Assembly (NCBI GenBank): GCA_965261845.1
Contig: OZ253475.1
Location: forward strand, 2,108,967-2,172,966
DNA: 64,000 nucleotides
Source: Candidatus Foliamicus sp.
GTDB taxonomy: Bacteria > Pseudomonadota > Gammaproteobacteria > Steroidobacterales > Foliamicaceae
Reading direction: 5' to 3'
Shown here: positions 1-8,412 of the stretch, one piece after another
Layout of the letters: each line of letters opens with the position of its first letter
Position numbering within the stretch: position 1 is the first letter of the stretch
Translations under genes and position numbers: made by a program
Notes under the pieces: model-generated
Told to the model about the DNA's origin: nothing
Database searches by the model: none
The model's input: the letters and a program-made list of their open reading frames with translations, nothing else

Positions 1-456
1 ACCGGCATCGCAACTTCGCGGTCCCCGCGCCGGACAGACCTGCGCTTTGCAGCGTCGCTTTCATTCAACCTCCGAGTATATCATTCAATGCTCTATAAAT
101 CCCGTCTCATTGGTGATTCCTTCCGTTCTCGAGAAGAGTATAATTCAATGCTTGCGAAACCTGTGCCGCAGCTCTGACCAGCTCAGGGACTAACTGACGG
201 CGCGCTACGCATCAGTGTCGCCGATGTGGGTAGGGCCGGCACAACCGGTCAGTTCGTGATCCGATATTCATCCCCTCAAAGCTTGGCGCGAGCGTTCTTT
301 CCTTACAGAAGTCGAGGGCGAAACTGCCTGAAATCCAGGCGGTGCCCCATGAGATCGGATAGCCACGGTCGTAGCGGCGCTTTTTCAAAGGCGCGGCGAT
401 ACGGGGCGGCGGGAAGGATGCCCACAAAGATGAGCGGCTCAGGCACCAATTATATA

Positions 457-534
457 TATAATACAAGTTAGCGCACTGCATATAATCTCCGGTTTGATTG
501 AATATTAGTTTATAATACTCCTGTCCGTTATAAT
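457..534 (+). promoter_or_regulatory. AT-rich putative promoter region with four TATAAT hexamers upstream of the 586..4650 gene
   Basis: TATAAT at 457-462, 481-486, 511-516 and 529-534 in a locally AT-rich stretch 50-130 nt upstream of the TTG start at 586. No -35 box or transcript evidence is available. Confidence 0.35.
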
Positions 535-585
535 ATTTCAGGTGCACCACAACCTGAAGATCCGAACCACGGGAGTACTGCCATC

Positions 586-3500
586 TTGAACCGATTCCTA
601 TTCTTGGGTCGCGCGGCCGTTGTCCTCGCTGCTTGCGTCCTTTCTCTTGCCGGCTGTTCGGGTGGCGGGCTGGCCGGTGATCTCGTTACAGGCCGCGTCA
701 TCGGCGGAGCGGATGCGGCGAAAGTCCGAATTGACGCGGCTTTTACGAATGTTGAGTCCGAAGGCGGGAAAATCTCCGTGGAGGTCTCCAACGCCGGCGA
801 GGGCCAGATGAATTGGTCGGCTTCGTTAAACGCGAACTGGGCAAAGTTCGAAGGAGAATCGAAAGGCGATGGAACCGAAACGCTCACTGTAGCCTTCGAG
901 GCCAATACCGAGACCGAGGATCGCACCGTAACCCTGTCGATCAGTTCTCGGGAAGCATCCAACTCACCTCAAACCGTGGTCTTCACCCAGGCCGGAGTTG
1001 AACCGGAGCCTAAGCCGGTCTTGAATGCTTCAGCGGACAACTACGCTCTGGAGGCTGGCGGCGGCAGGATTGCCGTCACCTTGGCCAATGATGGCGGAGG
1101 GGAACTGGAATGGTCCGCTTCGCTTCCCTCTGACGCCTCGTGGGTGCGGTTTATCGGAAAAAGCTCCGGGCTAGGCCCCAGTAACATTCAGATAGAGGTG
1201 GATTCCAATTCCACCAAGGAACGGCGTTCGTTCGCGCTCACCGTGACTGCCGAAGGCGCAGAGCAGTCGCCCCAGACACTGCATTTCACCCAGGAACGCG
1301 GAGCGGAGACGGGGGAGGAGTCCATCGAAGTCTCCGCCGCCAGCTACGATGTCGGATCCGAGGAGGGCACTGTTGAAGTGACGGTGACTGCCGCCTCAGG
1401 CGTGCAATGGTCTGCGGCCATCGGCGGAAACGCCGATTGGATCCACTTCTCGGGACCATCCGGCGGAACCGGCAACGGCAGCATTACCCTCCGGATACAA
1501 AGCAATACAGCACAAGAATCCCGTTCGTTCGCGCTCACCCTGACCGCCGAAGGCGCGGAACAGTCGCCCCAGACACTGCATTTCACCCAGGAAGGCGGGG
1601 CGAAGCCGGGGGAGGAGTCCATCGAAGTCTCCGCCGCCAGCTACGATGTCGGATCCGAGGAGGGCACTGTTGAGGTGACGGTGACTGCCGCCTCAGGCGT
1701 GCAATGGTCTGCGGCCATCGGCGGAAACGCCGATTGGATCCACTTCTCGGGACCATCCGGCGGAACCGGCAACGGCAGCATTACCGTCCGGATACAAAGC
1801 AATACAGCACAAGAATCCCGTTCGTTCGCGCTGACCGTGACCGCCGAAGGAGACCGGAAGACCTCCAAAACGCTTAATTTCGTTCAGGGCGCCAGCGTGT
1901 CGGCGGTGATCGCCGTCACTGCCCATCCCGCAGACCGCTCGATCCCGCATTCAGGCGGCACGGTGCGATTGGATATAAGCAACAGCGGTGGAGGGCGACT
2001 GAATTGGACCGCTTCGACGAATGTCGGCTGGGCATCCGTCGCCGGAACAGCTTCTGGAACGGATAGAGGCAGCATCGTGATCTCTGTGCTGGAAAACTCA
2101 GGCGAGGCCCGCTCGTTCATGGTGACGGTCCAGTCCGCGGGAGCCGAAAACTCCCCCCGCACCGTGAGGTTTGCGCAGGCGGCGGCACCCGAGCAGCCCA
2201 GAGATTCGGCACGAATTCACGCCAACAAGTACGCGCTCACCCATTTGGGCGAAGCGGTAACTGTCAACATCGACGTCACGGCTGAGGCGCAACTGAACTG
2301 GACAGCAGAAATCCGTTACGCGGACTCCACCTATGTGGTTATCGCACCGGAGCGCGACAAGGATGGCGCTCTCACCGGACAATCCGTCGAAGAAACTCGG
2401 GACCGCGGAGAATGGGTGCGGATGCTTGGCGCCTCCAGCGGAACCGGTTCGGGATTGCTGGAGTTGCAAGTTGACGAGAACCCGGTCGCACTGCGCTGGA
2501 GCTTCAGCCTCTTTATTAAGTTTCCGGATGCCCCGGAACTCGATCAGACACTGCACTTCAGCCAGAATCGTGAAGCGGAACAGCACCTCACGATGTGGAC
2601 CGCAAGTCGCCACATCGGCGCCGGAGGTGAGAATGTGGATGTCCACCTAAGTGCTTCCAGCGGAGGACTCATTTACTGGGTGGCGGATGTGGATGTGGAT
2701 TGGGCGCACCTGGAAGGCGCGATCGACGGGGAAATCGACGGTAACGGCTCTACCGTAATTCGCATCCAGGTGGATGCCAACCCTGGCGATGAGCGTTCCT
2801 TCAGCTTCAGCGTAAACGCTACAGATGCAACGTCTCCACAACCGATTCTCTTCCGGCAGGCGATGGTGAAAGAAATGGAAGGAGGGGCCCCGATGCCGCC
2901 ACGCCCACCGGCCTGGTACGCCAATGACTGCCAGCAACAGACCCCCGGGTTCGAAGAATTCGGTGGCTGGCTTGCGCAGCGGGGACATTACCTCGACGTA
3001 ACTGATTCACGCGTGTGGCGGCATACGACCGATGGCCACGACTCCAACGGGGCGACCTTGCGCGCGTTCAACGACTGCACCGATGACAAACGCACGCTGA
3101 CCACCGATATCCTGGCCGACGCCATGCTCGACGAGCCGGCTGAATTCGCCGACTTGCCGCGGGGCGCCGACGCCCGGATCGTGCTGCTGGACATAAGCAC
3201 GCCGGTGGCAGGCGAGCACACGAACGGGGCCCGGCACGCGGATCCGCAGTATGTGTGGTCCGATGCCGGAAGCGGCTGGTATCCGACCTATACAAGGGAC
3301 GGCGACGGGCTGAAATTCCTCCACCTGCAGCCGTTGGGCGACTGGGGTTACGGAAGTTCCTCCGGATGGCGCTCACAACTGCGTGTATGGAACGCGGAAG
3401 GCTCCGATATGTCGGCCTGGTCGGATACCGCACAGGATTACGGTTGGCGACTGCCGAGCATCCAGGAGCGAACCGGCGAAGGTCTCAGGATGCTCGCCAA

Positions 3501-4650
3501 TGCCGACAGCTCACTGTGGCTACTGGTGGGCGGCTACACAGGAAACGGCAGCGGTCGCCGAATTCATCCGAATTCCGCCGTCTGCGGCGAAGCCAAGGAG
3601 CTGTGCCTGTTTGCTCCCTGGGAGTATCAATACACGGACGAGGAGGGGACAGCGCAGACTACTGCAGGAACGGCGGTCGCCGCCGCCCAGGTGGCCGCGG
3701 CGCTCGACAACGTGCTGCTGCTTTGGCCGGACTACGATTTGCTGGAGTTACGCGACCTGGTGCTCGGCTGCGCTGAAGATCTGGGCGAAGAGGGCCCTGA
3801 TGCGATGTGGGGGCGGGGCGTCTTGTCGTTCAACTGCCTGTTCACGGCCCAGGGCGAGTTGCGTGATCCGCGCACCGATGCCATCCTCTCGGGCGGAATC
3901 TACGGCCCCCTGGCGGGTTTGTACGGCGGGGCGCTGGACGCGCCGGTCATCGCCGGTGGCTCAATCCCGGGTTTGGATACCACCGGTCGAGACTTCGCCT
4001 ACCCGATGATGCGTTGGTCACACCGGGAGAACCACGCGCTCCTGGTTGCAACAGGCAACCTCGGCAGATCTCAGGCGGTTTATTTGCCGGATGGATTCAC
4101 ACGGACGCAAGGCCTCGGCACACCACTGTTCGCAAGGGGCGGCTTCACCGCCGGCTTCGCGGCGGCAGGCGATGCCCTCGGCGCTGCCGCGCAGTGGCGC
4201 ACCGGCGGGTTCTCAAAGGGGACGGGACTGTGGACTCTGCGCGGTGGTTTCGCCGTGCAACCCGAGGGCACAGGATCGTTGACCGGCGAGCGCGTGTTCC
4301 GCGCGCCCGTGACGTTTTCCAGCGCGATCTCGGTAGCGTTCCAACATAGCTTCACGCAGAAACTGTCCCTGCACATACAAGGCAATTACTGGATGACGCT
4401 AAACACCCAGCCACGCAGCCTTTGGGCGGGCGCGCAGTTATCGGAGTTGCGCGCGAGCGCGTCGCTGGCTTATCGATCAAGCCGTATAAGCGCGGAACTG
4501 CAAGCGCAATATCAGGGTGGCCTTAGCGGCCGGCTGGATGTCGCCGGACAGAAAATCCACCTGATGCCGCATACCGCTCGGCAGATGTCGTTGCGGGTGC
4601 GTATACCGCTGGGGAATCCACAAACACAACGGAGAAAAGAAATCCGATGA
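586..4650 (+). CDS. Large surface lipoprotein: about seven BACON/Ig-like repeats, subtilase (S8)-like domain with Ala in place of the catalytic Ser, putative C-terminal autotransporter-type beta-barrel
   Basis: TTG start at 586 with GGGAG at 571-575. Signal peptide ends in lipobox LSLAG|C. There are about seven 95-100 aa repeats sharing the pattern 'W.A.....W......SG.G......N....R.......S.Q...F.Q'. Residues around 'ELCLFAPWEY...TAGTAVAAAQVAAALDNVLLLWPDYDLLELRDLV...GPDAMWGRGVLS' resemble the C-terminal half of subtilisin-like peptidases, but GT-A replaces GT-S. The last ~270 aa are Gly/aromatic-rich and strand-like. Confidence 0.6.
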   Translation: MNRFLFLGRAAVVLAACVLSLAGCSGGGLAGDLVTGRVIGGADAAKVRIDAAFTNVESEGGKISVEVSNAGEGQMNWSASLNANWAKFEGESKGDGTETLTVAFEANTETEDRTVTLSISSREASNSPQTVVFTQAGVEPEPKPVLNASADNYALEAGGGRIAVTLANDGGGELEWSASLPSDASWVRFIGKSSGLGPSNIQIEVDSNSTKERRSFALTVTAEGAEQSPQTLHFTQERGAETGEESIEVSAASYDVGSEEGTVEVTVTAASGVQWSAAIGGNADWIHFSGPSGGTGNGSITLRIQSNTAQESRSFALTLTAEGAEQSPQTLHFTQEGGAKPGEESIEVSAASYDVGSEEGTVEVTVTAASGVQWSAAIGGNADWIHFSGPSGGTGNGSITVRIQSNTAQESRSFALTVTAEGDRKTSKTLNFVQGASVSAVIAVTAHPADRSIPHSGGTVRLDISNSGGGRLNWTASTNVGWASVAGTASGTDRGSIVISVLENSGEARSFMVTVQSAGAENSPRTVRFAQAAAPEQPRDSARIHANKYALTHLGEAVTVNIDVTAEAQLNWTAEIRYADSTYVVIAPERDKDGALTGQSVEETRDRGEWVRMLGASSGTGSGLLELQVDENPVALRWSFSLFIKFPDAPELDQTLHFSQNREAEQHLTMWTASRHIGAGGENVDVHLSASSGGLIYWVADVDVDWAHLEGAIDGEIDGNGSTVIRIQVDANPGDERSFSFSVNATDATSPQPILFRQAMVKEMEGGAPMPPRPPAWYANDCQQQTPGFEEFGGWLAQRGHYLDVTDSRVWRHTTDGHDSNGATLRAFNDCTDDKRTLTTDILADAMLDEPAEFADLPRGADARIVLLDISTPVAGEHTNGARHADPQYVWSDAGSGWYPTYTRDGDGLKFLHLQPLGDWGYGSSSGWRSQLRVWNAEGSDMSAWSDTAQDYGWRLPSIQERTGEGLRMLANADSSLWLLVGGYTGNGSGRRIHPNSAVCGEAKELCLFAPWEYQYTDEEGTAQTTAGTAVAAAQVAAALDNVLLLWPDYDLLELRDLVLGCAEDLGEEGPDAMWGRGVLSFNCLFTAQGELRDPRTDAILSGGIYGPLAGLYGGALDAPVIAGGSIPGLDTTGRDFAYPMMRWSHRENHALLVATGNLGRSQAVYLPDGFTRTQGLGTPLFARGGFTAGFAAAGDALGAAAQWRTGGFSKGTGLWTLRGGFAVQPEGTGSLTGERVFRAPVTFSSAISVAFQHSFTQKLSLHIQGNYWMTLNTQPRSLWAGAQLSELRASASLAYRSSRISAELQAQYQGGLSGRLDVAGQKIHLMPHTARQMSLRVRIPLGNPQTQRRKEIR
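1225..1850. repeat. 297-bp (99-codon) tandem duplication, about 2.1 copies, inside the 586..4650 CDS
   Basis: 'cgttcgttcgcgct' recurs at 1225, 1522 and 1819. 'gggggaggagtccatcgaagtc' recurs at 1311 and 1608. The two full units are nearly identical at nucleotide level and encode 'SIEVSAASYDVGSEEGTVEVTVTAASGVQWSAAIGGNADWIHFSGPSGGTGNGSIT.RIQSNTAQESRSFAL' twice. Confidence 0.9.
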
Positions 4651-4998
4651 ACAAACAATTTACACACTCATCTTCCATACCTGGAACTTTCATCCCGTCC
4701 GCCCAGGACTTGTTCAGGCCGGGCACAGAACATCGGTCCGCGTCAGGCATTTCGGCCTTCGGCTGCACCGCGGCTATCACCCCACGGGGGTCCTAGAGAT
4801 GTGGCGCTGCGCTCTATGGAACACTGGCGGGAATCTCGGTCGACGGGAGTTCCTCGTTGGGCCGGTGACCCGCTTTCCTGTCGCTGATCAGGCGTTCAAC
4901 TTCAGCGGCGCGGCGCGGCGGTATCGCCGCGGCTCTTCGTCCCTGCGACCAAACGACACGCGATCGCGTCCGGAACGATCGGTTTCCGGTTCTCAAGT

Positions 4999-5074
4999 CT
5001 AGTGTCGTGTCACGCCTGTATCGTCGCATCAGCGTGTCTCCCCTGGCCTGTGGCAAGGCGTGACACGACACTAG
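4999..5074. repeat. Perfect 18-bp inverted repeat with 40-nt spacer (ctagtgtcgtgtcacgcc ... ggcgtgacacgacactag)
   Basis: Arms read directly at 4999-5016 and 5057-5074. Intergenic, 63 nt upstream of the pilD start. Confidence 0.85.
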
Positions 5075-5136
5075 GTTCGGCGACACCCGCGAACTGGAAC
5101 TGACGAATTCCCCCAGCTCCGCCTCGCCCCGCAACA

Positions 5137-5952
5137 ATGAATTTCGTCGCACTGCCGCCCACCTTGGCTGGCGTTTTCGCCGCGATGTTCGGCCTGGCCT
5201 TCGGCAGTTTTGTCGGAATGTACGCCTACCGCCTGCCTCGCAACGAAAGCATCGTCAGAAAGCGATCCTTTTGTCCGGGTTGCGGTATCAGGATCCCAGC
5301 ATGGCGAAACATACCCCTGGTCAGTTATGCCCTTCAGAAAGGACGGTGCATCGCGTGCAAGGGTCCCATCCATTGGCGCTATCCGGTCAGCGAAGCACTC
5401 TGCGGCCTGCTCGCCTGGGCCTGCTGGCGCAAGTTCGGGATGGACTGGAGCCTGGCGGCGGGAACCGCGCTCTGCTGCGTTCTGGTACTGCTGTCGGTAA
5501 TCGATATGGAACGCCGGCTTCTTCCCGACCGCCTCACGCTTCCTCTGCTCTGGCTGGGCCTGCTTTTCAGCCTGACCCGGCCGGAGACACCGTTCGTGCC
5601 GCCCCCGCAAGCAATCATGGGCGCAGTCGCAGGTTACGGATTGCTGGCGATGACCGATTTCTTGTGGCGGCTCCTACGCAAGCGGTCGGCCTTCGGCGGA
5701 GGCGACCTCAAACTTCTGGCCGCGCTGGGCGCGTGGTTCGGCCCTTACGGAGCGTTCGGAGTCTTTGGCGCAGCAGCCGTAACGGGCGCGCTCTACGCTA
5801 CGCTGCGTGCACTGTCGAGGCGAACTGTCCCGCAGGAGGAGCTTCCGTTCGGTCCGTTCCTTATGCTCGCCGGCGTGTGGAATTTGCTCGCCCCGAATAC
5901 CTTGGACCCGTGGAGAACAGGTTTCCCGTTGGCGCAGGCATTGAGTTTGTGA
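5137..5952 (+). CDS. pilD: Prepilin peptidase / N-methyltransferase (peptidase A24)
   Basis: N-terminal Cys motif 'CPGCGIRIPAWRNIPLVSYALQKGRCIACKGPIHWRYPVSE', multiple transmembrane segments, and 'GGGDLKLLAALGAWFG' with the conserved Asp. Confidence 0.9.
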   Translation: MNFVALPPTLAGVFAAMFGLAFGSFVGMYAYRLPRNESIVRKRSFCPGCGIRIPAWRNIPLVSYALQKGRCIACKGPIHWRYPVSEALCGLLAWACWRKFGMDWSLAAGTALCCVLVLLSVIDMERRLLPDRLTLPLLWLGLLFSLTRPETPFVPPPQAIMGAVAGYGLLAMTDFLWRLLRKRSAFGGGDLKLLAALGAWFGPYGAFGVFGAAAVTGALYATLRALSRRTVPQEELPFGPFLMLAGVWNLLAPNTLDPWRTGFPLAQALSL

Positions 5953-6061
5953 GACAACGAAGAACCGTTGATTGCCCAGGAGCACATTGCTTCCATCCAG
6001 GCCTGCATTGCCAATCTGTACCCCAATCGAAGAACAAACATAGGGCCCAGGAAAATCGACC

Positions 6062-6940
6062 ATGAACAACCGCTACCTTAAGTCTCAGCGCATAAGCCTT
6101 GAGAAGAATACCCAGCTGGACAAGAGTTGGGTTAAGCAAAAAATTGCCGATGACCCTTCCATTCTGGAACTTGGCGATCTGGTTGTGAGAGACATCGACC
6201 GAACAAACACCCATGCCGGATGGCCGGACCTGCTGCTTCAGGATTCCGAGAAAGCGAGGAGATACGTAGTTCACCTGCAACTCGGCGCTTCCGATGAAAC
6301 TCAAATCGTTCGTGCGATCGAGTCCTACGATGCGCAAGAACAAAGTCTCCCACAATACGAATACCGCGCTGTTCTAATTGCCGAAAACATCGCAAGCCGG
6401 CACCTGAACGTTATCTCCCTGATCAACGGAACAGTCCCCTTCATCGCCATTCAGATGCAGACCTTTCAAGTTGGCGAATACATAACACTCCTGTTTTCGA
6501 AGGTGACTGGAAAACGCTTGCGGAGCTCGGTTGACGCGGATGAAGATGCCGAAACAACGCCCGCGGATCCAGCGTATTGGGAGACACATGCGTCCAAGGA
6601 AACCGTCGCCCTGGTAGATCAGATGTTGGAGTTGGTCCATGACATCGACCCGACCCTGAACCTGAAATACAATACATCGTTCATCGGTTTGGAAAGGGAT
6701 GGTCAGCCGGTAAATTTCGTCAAGTTCATACCTTGCAAGAGCCAGCTTGGCTTTGAAATAAGACTTCCCCTGACCGACGAATTGAGCACAAAGGTTGATA
6801 CGGCCGGACTCAGTACACTCGAGCATGGCCGGAAGGCGAGTTATTGCCGGCTGCGCTTGACCAGTCGCGACATCAAGTCCAGGGCTGATGTACTGAGGGA
6901 ATTGTCGAAACTCGCATATGAGCGCAATGCCGGTATTTAG
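6062..6940 (+). CDS. Hypothetical protein with degenerate NucS/PD-(D/E)xK-like N-terminal domain and DUF5655-like C-terminal region
   Basis: 'GWPDLLLQDSEKARRYVVHLQLGASDETQIVRAIESY' follows the 'GR.D+L..D..G..VV.ELK.G..D...+.Q...Y' layout of NucS-like nucleases, but has H and Q where E and K are expected. The gene sits in a visibly lower-GC segment. Confidence 0.5.
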   Translation: MNNRYLKSQRISLEKNTQLDKSWVKQKIADDPSILELGDLVVRDIDRTNTHAGWPDLLLQDSEKARRYVVHLQLGASDETQIVRAIESYDAQEQSLPQYEYRAVLIAENIASRHLNVISLINGTVPFIAIQMQTFQVGEYITLLFSKVTGKRLRSSVDADEDAETTPADPAYWETHASKETVALVDQMLELVHDIDPTLNLKYNTSFIGLERDGQPVNFVKFIPCKSQLGFEIRLPLTDELSTKVDTAGLSTLEHGRKASYCRLRLTSRDIKSRADVLRELSKLAYERNAGI

Positions 6941-7207
6941 AGCATCGGTCTGAATATGCATATGTCGGCGCATTGTCCTGGAAGCCTTCGGACTGAAATG
7001 ATGCTCTGCGTTTTGCGAGGATTGGCGGTTTCCACTGCACTGTTGGTGTCCGGCGACTCGCGCAGCATGCTGACTGTTGGGAAGAAACCCGCATAATACG
7101 CACCGCTGGCCTCGCGGGTAAACGACCTTGACCGAATATCTCCTTGCCCTGTCCTGCCCGGACCGGACAGGGTTGATCTACGCGCGTCTTCCGCTGACCC
7201 TTGGGGG

Positions 7208-7226
7208 CGAGGGCATCCTGCCCTCG
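7208..7226. repeat. REP-like half element (hairpin cgagggc-atcct-gccctcg)
   Basis: Sequence 'cgagggcatcctgccctcg' read at 7208-7226. Same core as the other REP-like copies. Confidence 0.6.
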
Positions 7227-7416
7227 TTACGGAAACGTTGTTCCGCAACAGGAGCGACCCGGTCTTGGGTGGAAAACAGGATGTCTTCGCTCCCAGGAAG
7301 CTTCATGCTGGAAAACTGCATTCGGCAGCGTGCCATCATTACCGGCGTTCCCGGCGATGAAACCGGGGGATTTCTTGCGCGATAATCAGCGCCACGAAAG
7401 ATAAGCGGAGCCAGAC

Positions 7417-7974
7417 GTGATGAAGACGGGAAAGGCAATTTTCCTTGCGGTGGCCATTGTGCTGCCGGTAACTGCCGGAGCAGATGACCTGCGTGACGAA
7501 ATGTTGCGTTGTGCACAGCTAAGGGGCCCGCAGGTGCGCCTGGCATGCTACGACGCACTCGCGGCCGTAAGCGCGTCTGGTGAGCGCAAAGCAATTTCCG
7601 ATGATGAATCCCCAACGGGTGAAGGGCTTTCCCGCACCCCTGAACCTGCGCCCGTGACGTCCGCGGCGCCTTCGGGGAGTGGCGGAGAAAAACCGGAATC
7701 GGATCGATCGCTGACTGAGCGCTTCTTCGGCATGCTTCCCGGCGGTGGCGACGTCAACAAGATCGAGTCCCGGGTCGTCGGCGAAGTAAAGAACTTGCGG
7801 GGCGGCACGCGGTTCACGCTGGAAAACGGCCAGGTCTGGCAGCAGACTGAAAAGACCAACCGCAACTACCGAGCCACCAATCCCAAGGTGGAGATCAAGG
7901 AAGGGTTCATGAACAGCTACCGGATGCGCCTGGAAGGGCTCAATGCGCGCATCCGCGTGCGCCGCGTGAAATAA
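7417..7974 (+). CDS. Hypothetical secreted protein
   Basis: GTG 7417 / ATG 7420 start after 'aagcggag'. Signal peptide 'MMKTGKAIFLAVAIVLPVTAGA'. No family recognised. Confidence 0.55.
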   Translation: MMKTGKAIFLAVAIVLPVTAGADDLRDEMLRCAQLRGPQVRLACYDALAAVSASGERKAISDDESPTGEGLSRTPEPAPVTSAAPSGSGGEKPESDRSLTERFFGMLPGGGDVNKIESRVVGEVKNLRGGTRFTLENGQVWQQTEKTNRNYRATNPKVEIKEGFMNSYRMRLEGLNARIRVRRVK

Positions 7975-7976
7975 CG

Positions 7977-8381
7977 CTAGCTCAGCCGGGTCAGCATCGC
8001 CTGGTGTTCGGCATAGGCGGCGTCCAGGCGCCGCCGCGCCTCGCCGGCGGACGGAAAACCCGCCTCCAGCCCGGCCAGCATGATCACCGCTTCCATCTCG
8101 TCGCGGGTGATGCCGTGGTAGATGCCGGCGCGTACAAAGTAGCCCACGTCGTGACGGGCGGCCGTGATTATGCCGATGGCGCACAGGATCATGGTCTTCA
8201 GATCGACGACCTCCTGGTCCCACACTTCCGGGGCGATCCGGGTCATCAATTGCCGGTTGAAGTCGTTCTGTTCGAGTTGCTCGCATAATTCAGCGCCGTA
8301 ATCCGGGCCGAAGATGCGCAGAAACATGGACTGCCCGCGGTGCAATTCCGCTTCTGTGAAGGGCTTGTAGGCTTTGCTCAT
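7977..8381 (-). CDS. Carboxymuconolactone decarboxylase (CMD/AhpD-like) family protein
   Basis: ~134 aa, with '...DLKTMILCAIGIITAARHDVGYFVRAGIYHGITRDEMEAVIMLAGLEAGFPSA', typical of the CMD fold. Paralog of 13249..13638. Confidence 0.75.
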   Translation of the reverse strand: MSKAYKPFTEAELHRGQSMFLRIFGPDYGAELCEQLEQNDFNRQLMTRIAPEVWDQEVVDLKTMILCAIGIITAARHDVGYFVRAGIYHGITRDEMEAVIMLAGLEAGFPSAGEARRRLDAAYAEHQAMLTRLS

Positions 8382-8412
8382 AAATTACTCGCAAGTCTGC
8401 TGCCAACGCCCG

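Noticed and set aside
212-550. 112-aa minus-strand ORF (and 226..471 on the plus strand) in the AT-rich leader
   Set aside because: The composition is atypical (Tyr/Asn/Cys-rich), there is no ribosome-binding context or family resemblance, and the ORF spans the TATAAT-rich segment. It is more likely non-coding regulatory DNA.
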